Positions 30,438 to 39,653 of a stretch of DNA of 64,000 nt are shown in pieces (position 1 is the stretch's first letter; each line of letters begins with the position of its first letter). The notes beneath the pieces were generated by a model. The model did not search any database and was not told the origin of the DNA. It saw only the letters and a program-made list of their open reading frames with translations. A program made the position numbers and the translations under genes. The stretch is from contig OZ242365.1 in assembly GCA_965208905.1 (NCBI GenBank), forward strand, positions 640,001 through 704,000. The letters are read 5' to 3'. Origin of the DNA: Nitrosopumilaceae archaeon. Lineage in GTDB: Archaea; Thermoproteota; Nitrososphaeria; Nitrososphaerales; Nitrosopumilaceae.

Positions 30438-32610
30438 GTATGCAGTGTATGGCCTTGCAGCAGTCCTACTATTGGGGCTGGTAAATACTACACATGCAAT
30501 TCCTGACACTGATGGTGATGGAGTCCCGGATCATATAGACCTGTGTCCAAATCTACTGGAAGACTATGATGAAGAGTATGGACTTGTTATAGACGGTTGC
30601 CCTGCAGACTTTGTGCCTTGGTATGATGCTGACTATGATGGTATACAAGACCATGTGGATGACTGTCCCTCAGTACAAGAGACATACAACAAGTATATGG
30701 ACTCGGACGGATGCCCAGACACATCACCAGAAGCCGAGCAAGCAGGCCATGACAGTGATGGTGATGGCATAGTTGATACTATGGATTTGTGTCCAACACA
30801 GTACGAGTCGTTTAACGGTGTTGATGATCATGACGGATGCCCGGACGACTATATGACTCTACACGACACCGACTTGGATGGCATATCTGATTCATTGGAT
30901 TTGTGTCCAAACGAGTCTGAAGTGTACAACCTGTATATGGATACAGACGGATGCCCGGACACTGTAGAGTCTACCTCAACAACCAATGATGGTCTGCCAG
31001 ATACAGATGGTGATGGAATAGATGACCGCTGGGATACATGTGTTGATGAGGCCGAAAACTATAACGGCTATCTGGACTGGGACGGCTGCCCGGATGTGAC
31101 CGCCGTTACAATCAACACCTGGCTTGATGCCGACTATGACAATATACTAGATGTTGATGATGCATGTCCCAATCAAAGGGAGAACTATAACAATTTTCAG
31201 GATGATGATGGATGCCCAGATGTAATGATTCTGCCTGCTCTAGGCGACTATGATTCAGATGGTATAGCTGATGGTGAGGATATGTGTCCGTTTGAGCGCG
31301 AGGTGTATAACCAATATCTGGACTCGGATGGATGCCCGGACACTGTATCTGATGTTAGGGTTGATATGGATTCGGACTTTGATGGCATAATAGATAGTGT
31401 TGACTTGTGTCCCACTAGGGCCGAGATATACAACGGTGTCCAGGATGACGATGGGTGTCCTGACAGATACATCTCTAGTCTGGACGCTGACGCAGATGGT
31501 ATACCCGACATTAGTGATGCATGTCCACTAGAGCCTGAGGTGTACAACATGTATCAAGATACAGACGGCTGCCCAGATGATGCACCACAAGATGCCAGTA
31601 CATCATTTATCTTTGCAGATGTTGACAATGATGGCGTAGATGACCGCTGGGATACCTGTACTGATGAGGCCGAGACATACAACAACTATCTGGACTGGGA
31701 TGGATGTCCAGACACTGTGGTAACAACGGTGAATACTTGGTTTGATCGTGACTATGATAACATTCCTGACCATCTAGACCTGTGTCCTGATCACCGTGAA
31801 AACTATAACAAGCATATGGACTCAGACGGCTGTCCTGATGCCTTCCCCATAACCACTGTCCTGGACTCAGACTCGGACGGACTCTTGGATGATGCAGACT
31901 TGTGCCCTGCGGTGGCCGAGACATACAACATGTATCAGGACTCAGACGGCTGCCCGGATATAACCCCGGCAGGAACGATAAACCCTGACTCTGACTTTGA
32001 TGGCATCATAGATATATTGGATTTATGCCCCACTCGGCCCGAGACATACAACATGATGGCAGATGATGATGGCTGTCCTGACAGACCATCCCTGAGCCAA
32101 GATCCTGACTCGGATGGAGTTGTAAACGGTGAAGACCTATGTCCTCTGCAACCTGAGGTGTACAACCTGTATCAGGATACAGACGGCTGCCCGGACTCTA
32201 TAGATGAGACTGTGACACAATTTGTCTTTGCAGATGCTGACAATGATGGCATAGATGACCGCTGGGATACATGTGTCGATGAGGCTGAAAACCATAACGG
32301 CTATCTGGACTGGGATGGATGTCCTGATGTGCCAGCAGCCGGCAGTGGTGGCCCGGGCAAGTTGGATTCAGACTCGGACGGGTACACTGATGATGTAGAT
32401 ATGTGCCCCGTCAGTCCCGAAACCTGGAATAAATTTAACGATGCAGACGGCTGCCCAGATGTCCTACCCGAACAGTCTAGATTCGTTCACGATGGAGATT
32501 TGGATGGTGTTCTGGATGAAGCCGATATGTGTCCTACTGCCCCGAAGACTATGACGGGGATGCAGATAATGACGGCTGCCCAGAATGAGATGCCAGCTGC
32601 CCAACTTTGA
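30415..32610 (+). CDS. Secreted thrombospondin type-3 repeat protein, copy 3 (apparent 1-bp deletion in the last repeat)
   Basis: Signal peptide YAVYGLAAVLLLGLVNTTHA; same repeats; the shifted frame after C4 at 32540-32543 reads EDYDGDADNDGCPE*. Confidence 0.88.
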   Translation: MMTAAQSKYAVYGLAAVLLLGLVNTTHAIPDTDGDGVPDHIDLCPNLLEDYDEEYGLVIDGCPADFVPWYDADYDGIQDHVDDCPSVQETYNKYMDSDGCPDTSPEAEQAGHDSDGDGIVDTMDLCPTQYESFNGVDDHDGCPDDYMTLHDTDLDGISDSLDLCPNESEVYNLYMDTDGCPDTVESTSTTNDGLPDTDGDGIDDRWDTCVDEAENYNGYLDWDGCPDVTAVTINTWLDADYDNILDVDDACPNQRENYNNFQDDDGCPDVMILPALGDYDSDGIADGEDMCPFEREVYNQYLDSDGCPDTVSDVRVDMDSDFDGIIDSVDLCPTRAEIYNGVQDDDGCPDRYISSLDADADGIPDISDACPLEPEVYNMYQDTDGCPDDAPQDASTSFIFADVDNDGVDDRWDTCTDEAETYNNYLDWDGCPDTVVTTVNTWFDRDYDNIPDHLDLCPDHRENYNKHMDSDGCPDAFPITTVLDSDSDGLLDDADLCPAVAETYNMYQDSDGCPDITPAGTINPDSDFDGIIDILDLCPTRPETYNMMADDDGCPDRPSLSQDPDSDGVVNGEDLCPLQPEVYNLYQDTDGCPDSIDETVTQFVFADADNDGIDDRWDTCVDEAENHNGYLDWDGCPDVPAAGSGGPGKLDSDSDGYTDDVDMCPVSPETWNKFNDADGCPDVLPEQSRFVHDGDLDGVLDEADMCPTAPKTMTGMQIMTAAQNEMPAAQL

Positions 32611-33547
32611 TGGCCGGGCATTTTTGGCCCCCATGGCTGGAGTCAGTGATCCCGCCCTACGACTACTCTGTCGCAAGTGGGGCGCATCCTTGGTGGTCAC
32701 AGAGTTTACAAACATACACAGCATAGTAGCGCAGAACCAGATACTGCGCAAGTCTAATCAGAATATCTGTCAATTTATGCAGTACTCGGATTTGGAGCGA
32801 CCTCTGTCGGTGCAGCTCTTTGGCTCAGATATTGATGTATTGTCCCAAGCTGTACGCATAGTGGAGCCATACTTTGACATTATAGACTATAATATGGGTT
32901 GTCCGGCGCCACACATAACCCGACAGATGGCAGGCGCTGCACTTCTCCAACACGAATCTGTAACCCGACAGATATTCCGTACACTAGTAGAGTCGACAGA
33001 CAAACCTATAACACTCAAGATGCGCGCCGGCGTTACTGATGAAGACCGACATCTATTCCTAAATATCGCCGGTATTGCGCAGGATGAAGGCGTACAGATG
33101 ATCACACTCCACCCACGCACAGCATCTCAAGGGTACTCGGGTAGGTCAGATTGGTCACTAATAAGACTGCTCAAAGACAATGTGCGGATACCGGTCGTGG
33201 GGAATGGTGATATTACAACTCCGCAAGATGCGGCAAATATGATAGAGGAGACTGGTTGTGACTATATAATGATCGGGCGGGGCGCCATGGGAAATCCATT
33301 TCTGTTTCGGCAGATAAACGAGTATCTAAAGTCTGGCTCGTATGGAACATTTACAACCCATGACCGAATACAAGCATTCTTTGAGTACCTAAAGATGTCT
33401 GCGCAATACAAGATAAAACTCTCTTCTATAAAGTCACAGGCCATGAGATTCGTTAAGGGTGTTGATGGTGCGACACGCCTGCGTGAGATGATTACTGCCG
33501 CATCGTCTCTACGAGACCTTGCTGGAGTAATGAAATCAATATCATAG
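32585..33547 (+). CDS. dus: tRNA-dihydrouridine synthase
   Basis: LAPMAGVSD, VQLFGS, NMGCP, LHPRT, GNGDI, MIGRGAMGNP. Confidence 0.95.
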   Translation: MRCQLPNFDGRAFLAPMAGVSDPALRLLCRKWGASLVVTEFTNIHSIVAQNQILRKSNQNICQFMQYSDLERPLSVQLFGSDIDVLSQAVRIVEPYFDIIDYNMGCPAPHITRQMAGAALLQHESVTRQIFRTLVESTDKPITLKMRAGVTDEDRHLFLNIAGIAQDEGVQMITLHPRTASQGYSGRSDWSLIRLLKDNVRIPVVGNGDITTPQDAANMIEETGCDYIMIGRGAMGNPFLFRQINEYLKSGSYGTFTTHDRIQAFFEYLKMSAQYKIKLSSIKSQAMRFVKGVDGATRLREMITAASSLRDLAGVMKSIS

Positions 33548-33587
33548 TTCTAGTTATGTGATGGTTTTTACTGATCACAAACATATG

Positions 33588-34199
33588 TCAATTATCATAT
33601 GTAAAGTCCATAATATATTCGACAGCGCCATGCGCAACCTGTATCGTGTGTTCGCCAGCAATCCAGCCGTCTTGACCCACCAATATTATGGTGGAATAGG
33701 AACCATCCGACCTTAAAGTGACATCTTCGGACCATACATTGTTGCTGTTACTATCAAGTATATTTACACGAGCAGCCTCCCCTATGTTATAATCAGACAT
33801 TCCTGTGATCAACATAAAGTCCCCTGTTTGATATGTACTTTGATCAATCTCCACATAACCTGATGGCGAACTCACAAGTGTGCCTGGCATCATCAATACA
33901 ACAGATGCTATCACTGCTACAGCAGCGACACCCAAGACTGCAGCCATCAGTGTTGTGCGGGATTTTTTGGGCTGTGAGGCTGTATCCACCTGTTTCACTG
34001 CAGATCTTTGTATTATCGGTGTGTCCATTTTAGGGACAGTAACAGCATGTTTCTCCATGAGGGATGCCACATATTGACGCTCATGATTACTGATTATCTC
34101 CCCATTTACACTGGCCCTATACACCTGCTCTAAAATACGCTTATCGCCAAGACCAAGCCCCAACAACATACGGGCATTTGCTCCTATGTTATCCTCCAT
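33588..34199 (-). CDS. Hypothetical single-pass membrane protein with an extracellular beta-rich domain
   Basis: 203-aa ORF with a central hydrophobic helix. Confidence 0.7.
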   Translation of the reverse strand: MEDNIGANARMLLGLGLGDKRILEQVYRASVNGEIISNHERQYVASLMEKHAVTVPKMDTPIIQRSAVKQVDTASQPKKSRTTLMAAVLGVAAVAVIASVVLMMPGTLVSSPSGYVEIDQSTYQTGDFMLITGMSDYNIGEAARVNILDSNSNNVWSEDVTLRSDGSYSTIILVGQDGWIAGEHTIQVAHGAVEYIMDFTYDN

Positions 34200-34771
34200 A
34201 ATGCAGTATATGGCACAGAGTTATTTATGATTTCACGACTTGAAAACGCTGTGTAGTATACCGAAATCATGCCGCGCCACATCTTGGCCGTCAGCACTAA
34301 ATCATTATACATGTCAGACTCTGATTCTTTGTTTCAATAGTCACCTTTGTAGAATGCCATCTATAAGGACAACTATTCTGTGGCAGGACTGGAAAACGGC
34401 AAGTATGCAATACTTGGTTCGGGTCTGGCGCTCCATGAAGACATTGATAGAGTCACTACATTTGATGAGTTAAAGATGATCATTCAGGCCGCCTTGTCTG
34501 ATGGTACAGTTCGGGACGAACTACCGGGCCCTAGACTATACACTATACTGTCTTCAACCACTTATTCGTGCAATCTCAACAAGTCATGTTACTATACAAA
34601 AAGACGAGACATGTCACTAACAATTTTGCCAACTGGGCTGATGTAGAGTTTGGACGGTACCTCCAATAGACACTAGTAAGTCCCATTCCTATGATATCTA
34701 TGAAAGATGTCGCAGTCTTGATGAATCTCCAATAACCACAACTTTAAAAAGAACCTAGTCTAAATCATAAT

Positions 34772-35113
34772 ATGAAACGCATAGAAGCTATCGTTCAAGC
34801 GGACAAGCTGAAATCTGTTGTGGACGCACTCGAAGGAAAGGTAGGCGGATTTATAGCCTTTGATGGAAAAGGACGAGGATCCGGCGCTAGACCCACCGTT
34901 AGGATGGGAAGAGGTACAGGTACCATGAAGGCAGACTTCAATACGGTTGCCAGTATTGTATCGATAGTAGATGACTCTGATGTTAAAGCTGTCACAGATG
35001 CAATAACTGAGGCTGCTTATACTGGAACCGCTGGTGACGGAATAATTGTAATCTCTACCATAGACGATGTTGCGAATATCACTACTAAGAAAAAGGGATC
35101 AGAGGCCCTTTAA
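34772..35113 (+). CDS. glnB: Nitrogen regulatory protein P-II
   Basis: MKRIEAIV, GKGRG T-loop, TG.AGDGII; TTTAAA box upstream. Confidence 0.93.
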   Translation: MKRIEAIVQADKLKSVVDALEGKVGGFIAFDGKGRGSGARPTVRMGRGTGTMKADFNTVASIVSIVDDSDVKAVTDAITEAAYTGTAGDGIIVISTIDDVANITTKKKGSEAL

Positions 35114-35691
35114 CTCCTTTTTATTAAATAGAATCGCCCCACGTATGAGGGGGGCACTACTGATCTTGGTATCTGCGCATTAGTAGATAAGCCACTATTC
35201 CAGAAACAATTGCGCCCATGGCTATCATATCGTACATACATACAGTATGATGGCACCCATTAAAAATTATGGGAATTATAGTGATGGGTAGGATCATTTA
35301 ATAATCCCAAACGGTGTAGTATAGCAAATTCAGATCCAAGGAGGTGAACGGGTAAACAGGATGCAAAAAATGCGGTTTCATATGCAAGTGTGCGATTTAA
35401 TCATCAACCGAGGTGTCATGAATGTAAAAGGGAATGAAACCAATAGAATACACGATAGACACAGCCCGTGTATTTGAGGACATGCAGAATCAAACAGATG
35501 ACATCCACACAGCCCTACAAGTTTCATGACACCTCACCTTCCTTTATATTGTATATAGTGGTTTTGATCATTTAGATACCGTAGCATTATATGTCGCGTA
35601 TCGTATTGTACAATGCCATGCGGGTTTAGTAGAAACTTTCACTCGTAAATTCATTAACGATATCCGTATCATGGCCTCTGCGGGTATCATA

Positions 35692-35973
35692 TCATGTCTT
35701 ATAACGCATGTCCAAAACTCGCACTATACTATGTGTTATGTGCAGCATGGTTATCTTGCGTGGAGGCCGTGACTCAAATAAGGCCCTCTCAGACTCTAAA
35801 TCTTTGACTTTCTGCAACAATTCCTTCAAGTATGACATGGTTATATCGTCTGCCCGTAATTGATGTGTGTCTTTTGCCTTGTTGTATGTTGTCCCTCTGA
35901 ATGATGTTACTGTTTCTATGTTGTCCCTGGGATATTCTGGCAAATTCTCTAGTATGTCCCGTTCCAATGTCAT
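35692..35973 (-). CDS. Hypothetical 93-aa passenger protein within the IS1595 element
   Basis: ATG ORF with a TTTATA box about 25 bp upstream on the minus strand; no recognisable family. Confidence 0.45.
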   Translation of the reverse strand: MTLERDILENLPEYPRDNIETVTSFRGTTYNKAKDTHQLRADDITMSYLKELLQKVKDLESERALFESRPPRKITMLHITHSIVRVLDMRYKT

Positions 35974-36322
35974 AATGCGAGTTGTATGACAGTCTGTATA
36001 AACTCTATCAATGTTTATAATACAACCACAAGGGCAATGATATGTCGCACGGGTTCATTAATGCTCGTTAAATCGTTGCTGCCGTCCATATTGCGACCTC
36101 TGTGGACGGCAAAATCTAAGATATAGCATTACATTTTTGTGATAAAGTTGGTTTACTATGTATTAACTTTGTACAACTAAATGCAAGTAAACATAGAGTT
36201 ATAACCATAATCTAAGTATATACAAACAATGGTATAACAGTTCCATGTTACTGCTTCAGATACCATGAGCGGTAACTGTCGCTGCCCCTGTAGATTGTGA
36301 GCTAGGGGCAGCATCATCCTTT

Positions 36323-36405
36323 GTCGTGGTGGTCTAGTCTGGTAGGGCGGCGGTCTCAAAAATCGCTCATTCACAATGGCGCAGGTTCAAATCCTGTCCA
36401 CGGCG
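36323..36405 (+). tRNA. tRNA gene with CAA anticodon (Leu reading) on a Ser-type body
   Basis: Acceptor GTCGTGG/CCACGGC plus G73; D arm with GG; anticodon stem GCGGT/ATCGC with loop CTCAAAA; long variable arm CATT-CAC-AATG; T arm GCAGG-TTCAAAT-CCTGT; G15-C48 retained. Confidence 0.8.
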
Positions 36406-36415
36406 CACTAAACAT

Positions 36416-37366
36416 CTAACTTATCAGTTGCTCATATGTCAACCGCTTGCCAATCATGCCCCTTGCCAAACTTATCATCATGTCTTCAGTGTCTAGATTT
36501 CGTATGTTTAAACGGCCAGCAAACTCATTGACATACCTGTGCAGGTGCTTTGCCGACACATGATGGAATGTACCGTAATAGCCACGCTTTAACAAAGCCC
36601 AAAAGGATTCTATGCCGTTAGTGTGCGCCATGCCGTTGACATATTGACTTACCGAATGATTAACCACTTCGTGATTTGGTAAACTCTTGTATGCTCTATG
36701 CTCATCCGTATAATGGGTACTGCCCGACTTGACATTGTCTTTAATAAATTTGCCAAGTCGAGCAGATGTGGTCTCATTTACGGGTTCGGCTCTTATATCA
36801 CCTGTCTTTCTATCTTTGATACCTACAACTGCGGTTTTGTTTGCACCGCCTTGACTGTGGGGTTGTTTCTTTGTACTGTGTTTGTTCTTTTCCTTGCCAC
36901 CGATATAGGTCTCATCTATTTCGACTGGACCTTCCAGTTTGTCAATACCTGCCAATGTTTGCCATGATTCACGCAAACGCTGAACCATGAACCATGCTGA
37001 ACTTTGGGATATGCCTAAGTCTCTGTGTAGTTTCATTGATGATATACCCTTGACATTAGTCATAAACTGGTATGTTGCGATTGCCCAATGCTGGTATGAT
37101 ATTTTGGATTGTTGCATTACAGTGCCGACTTTGACTGAAAAATACGTTTTGCACTTACTACAATAGTATGGCATCTTTGGATGTTTACATTCTATGGTAT
37201 CATCATGTTTGCAGTTGGGACATTTACGGCCATCTCTCCATATGTGGCTTTCAAACCACTTCATGGATGTATGATTGTCTGGAAACATCTTTAGTAAATC
37301 TATTAGTGTGATTCCTTCCCTGTGTGATTTGCCTGGTGCTTGTTGCATGTAATACCTTAGATTCAT
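36416..37366 (-). CDS. IS1595-family transposase
   Basis: CPNC..YYCSKC zinc finger, GISSMKL HTH, VEIDETYIGG, YTDEHRAY, VNHS, HTNGIESFWALLKR, YVNEF..R.N.R. Confidence 0.95.
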   Translation of the reverse strand: MNLRYYMQQAPGKSHREGITLIDLLKMFPDNHTSMKWFESHIWRDGRKCPNCKHDDTIECKHPKMPYYCSKCKTYFSVKVGTVMQQSKISYQHWAIATYQFMTNVKGISSMKLHRDLGISQSSAWFMVQRLRESWQTLAGIDKLEGPVEIDETYIGGKEKNKHSTKKQPHSQGGANKTAVVGIKDRKTGDIRAEPVNETTSARLGKFIKDNVKSGSTHYTDEHRAYKSLPNHEVVNHSVSQYVNGMAHTNGIESFWALLKRGYYGTFHHVSAKHLHRYVNEFAGRLNIRNLDTEDMMISLARGMIGKRLTYEQLIS

Positions 37367-37457
37367 AGGGCATATAAATCCTATCCATCACTATAATTCC
37401 CAAAATTATCTATGTGTTGTATGCATGAAAAAAAGGTAGAACAGTGAGTTTGAGTAT

Positions 37458-37697
37458 CTATTCTTGTCCTTCTATGCCCATAAGGGTCAATGTAGAACGA
37501 ATTTTTGGTATCTTTCTTACTTTCCATGTTATGGTCTCTCGGAGCTTTTCAACCTGTTCTGACTCTACTTTGGCTAGTATGTCATAAGCACCAAATGTAC
37601 CGTGTACCTCAACTACGTCATTCATCTGTTTAAGTTCTGCAATTACGGACTCTTCTGACCCCAACTCACAATTTATCAATACATATGCAGTTGCCAT
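37458..37697 (-). CDS. Lrp/AsnC ligand-binding (RAM) domain protein
   Basis: AYVLIN, GTFGAYDILAKVE, IRSTLTL. Confidence 0.9.
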   Translation of the reverse strand: MATAYVLINCELGSEESVIAELKQMNDVVEVHGTFGAYDILAKVESEQVEKLRETITWKVRKIPKIRSTLTLMGIEGQE

Positions 37698-38177
37698 TAT
37701 ATCTTCATCTCCATATGGTTGATATCTACTTCAAATATAAAAGTCCTGTACAAGTGATTTTGGGAGTTATATACGAAAGTTGTATAACCGCTTCCAGTAC
37801 GATGCTTCATTATGCTCTTCTCATCGACGCGACGCATGAATTCACCGGTACAACTCTTGCGCATCATATAATTCATGTTCCGCTTGTGGTTTACACCATG
37901 TGTGGACATGCTCTTGATGCTAAGATGCTCAACGCCGTCAACATCCGCGCCCCGCATATTGTCAGTCTTTTTTCGGTTTCACCGGTGTGATGCGTACTGC
38001 TATGCGTAACTCAAACAGATGGCCTTTCAACTTTATACGGCGCGTCACATCGACCCACTGGAATGAGCGCATATCTGATGATTCATCTATTACGCGCTTG
38101 GTTTCAACCGTACTGTATCATCACCAAAACTTGTGTGGGTAAAACTTACAAGCGATCACATTACAAACATTTGTAAT

Positions 38178-38747
38178 CTACTCTTTTTGGTCGTATAACA
38201 TAAGGCCCTTCTCTTCTAGAATGGCATGTAGGTTGTGAACTGATCTATATACGTCACTCTCTTTTTTTGCACCCGTGCAGACTAGCTTGCCCGAGGCAAA
38301 GAGCAGTATTACCGTCTTTGGGTCTAACATCCTGTGTATCAACCCTGGAAATTGTTCTGGTTCGTACATACTTCGAGGTAACATTCGGGCGGACTTTTCC
38401 AAATGTATACGTCCACCCAAATTTATGGCGGCGACCATATTTTGTACAGTCACCACCGCATCTTTTTTTATATCTATGCCGCCTTTTCGGAGCCTCTGCA
38501 CTACTGTTCGTACAGCCTCTAAGGACATCTCTTCTGACTTTGCACCAGTACAGACCATCTTACCAGTACGAAATATCAGCGTAGCCGTCCGAGGATTATG
38601 CAGTCTAAAGACAAGTCCAGGAAACTGTTCTGGATTGTACTCTGTCTGAGGAAACTTGTCGTTTATCTCATTGAGATCTATACTTTGATCTACTGTAGCT
38701 GATGCAACTACGTTTTCTACGCTGACGTGAGGTTTTGTCTGTGCCAT
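38178..38747 (-). CDS. tbp: TATA-box binding protein
   Basis: ENVVAS, duplicated YxPEQFPGL and GKxVCTGAK; start at ATG 38747. Confidence 0.97.
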   Translation of the reverse strand: MAQTKPHVSVENVVASATVDQSIDLNEINDKFPQTEYNPEQFPGLVFRLHNPRTATLIFRTGKMVCTGAKSEEMSLEAVRTVVQRLRKGGIDIKKDAVVTVQNMVAAINLGGRIHLEKSARMLPRSMYEPEQFPGLIHRMLDPKTVILLFASGKLVCTGAKKESDVYRSVHNLHAILEEKGLMLYDQKE

Positions 38748-39206
38748 ACCTTGTTTGTATATTAACACCATTATATAGACAAATCTATTATTGCAGAGAT
38801 TTTCTCAAAGTTTATCGTAAAACTGGTTTTTTATATGACTTTATACGCAATTGGTCCCCCAAAGATCTAGACGTTGTGCATAGATGTAGGCTATGTACAT
38901 ATCTAGATTGGTCGTAAGGTCTACAAACCTACTGTGTATCATTTTGCACCATTCAAGAGGAACAACTGGACTGACAGACTATCTCTTGATGTGTAGATGG
39001 TTTATGGGCGGAACCTATAATCATACCGTTGTGGACGCACTCTTCTACACCGCCACTCTGACCATTATAGTAAACAAGGCGACCCCTTCACATATACAAT
39101 AAATGATATCACACACCACACTGCATCCATTAAATTCTGCATTGTATCATTTGAGGCAGCAACTAAGACTTCTATTACAAAACCACATAATCACAGATGT
39201 CTTTCA

Positions 39207-39653
39207 TCAATGTCTTCCTATGTGCTGATACCTGTAATGCTCATCAATAATATCTGATGTTATGACATCATCCGTGAATGATGGTGGATGTACCTCAAAG
39301 AGTCCTAGCTGTCCTCTTTTAGGAATGGGAACTGTAAACCGATGTGGTTCTTCCAGTAGAAAACCGTACTTTTTGCGCTCCAAACCATTCTGCGCCAGAT
39401 GTAGATGGAAGTCATCATTTATCTCGCTTATACTGTGATATCTTTTGACGCCCACCAATGAGACGCGACCCACTATGGCACCGGTGATGGGTTTGCTTAT
39501 TTGAAATCTTTGACACTCGCTTGTCATTATCTTTTGAGGCGCATGAATCAGTATCTCGCCACGATACTTGGTGTTCCATCCTCTCAAATCTATTCTCTTT
39601 AAACCGGATATGATTAATTCCGCAAACGGTTGCGAAACCGATAGGCACTTCAT
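39207..39653 (-). CDS. ASCH domain protein
   Basis: LSVSQPFAELIISGLKRIDLRGW..YRG.ILIHA, GQLGLF. Confidence 0.88.
   Translation of the reverse strand: MKCLSVSQPFAELIISGLKRIDLRGWNTKYRGEILIHAPQKIMTSECQRFQISKPITGAIVGRVSLVGVKRYHSISEINDDFHLHLAQNGLERKKYGFLLEEPHRFTVPIPKRGQLGLFEVHPPSFTDDVITSDIIDEHYRYQHIGRH

Larger units (their letters stand above)
35271..37401 (-). mobile_element. IS1595-family transporter IS (2131 bp) carrying passenger DNA, including a tRNA gene
   Basis: TIRs GGGAATTATAGTGATGGGTAGGAT / GGGAATTATAGTGATGGATAGGAT (23/24); 8-bp TSD AAAATTAT (35263-35270, 37402-37409); transposase at the right end, about 1.1 kb cargo at the left. Confidence 0.92.

Noticed and set aside
25841-32610. Regularly recurring GATGGCTGCCCGGA-like motifs resembling a CRISPR or DGR array
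   Set aside because: They are degenerate codons of the DGCPD protein repeat within long ORFs; there are no identical repeats with unique spacers and no cas or reverse transcriptase gene
34240-34646. Overlapping short ORFs upstream of glnB
   Set aside because: Possibly a frameshifted hypothetical gene, but there is no recognisable motif to support a call
36323-36405. Possible tRNA-Sec (TCA occurs in the loop; G73 and long variable arm)
   Set aside because: The 7-nt loop CTCAAAA places CAA at positions 34-36, and the fold is a canonical 7/5 arrangement rather than the extended Sec acceptor/D stems
36323-36405. tRNA as an integration (att) site for the neighbouring mobile DNA
   Set aside because: It lies inside the TIR/TSD boundaries; I saw no duplicated 3' tRNA fragment and no integrase
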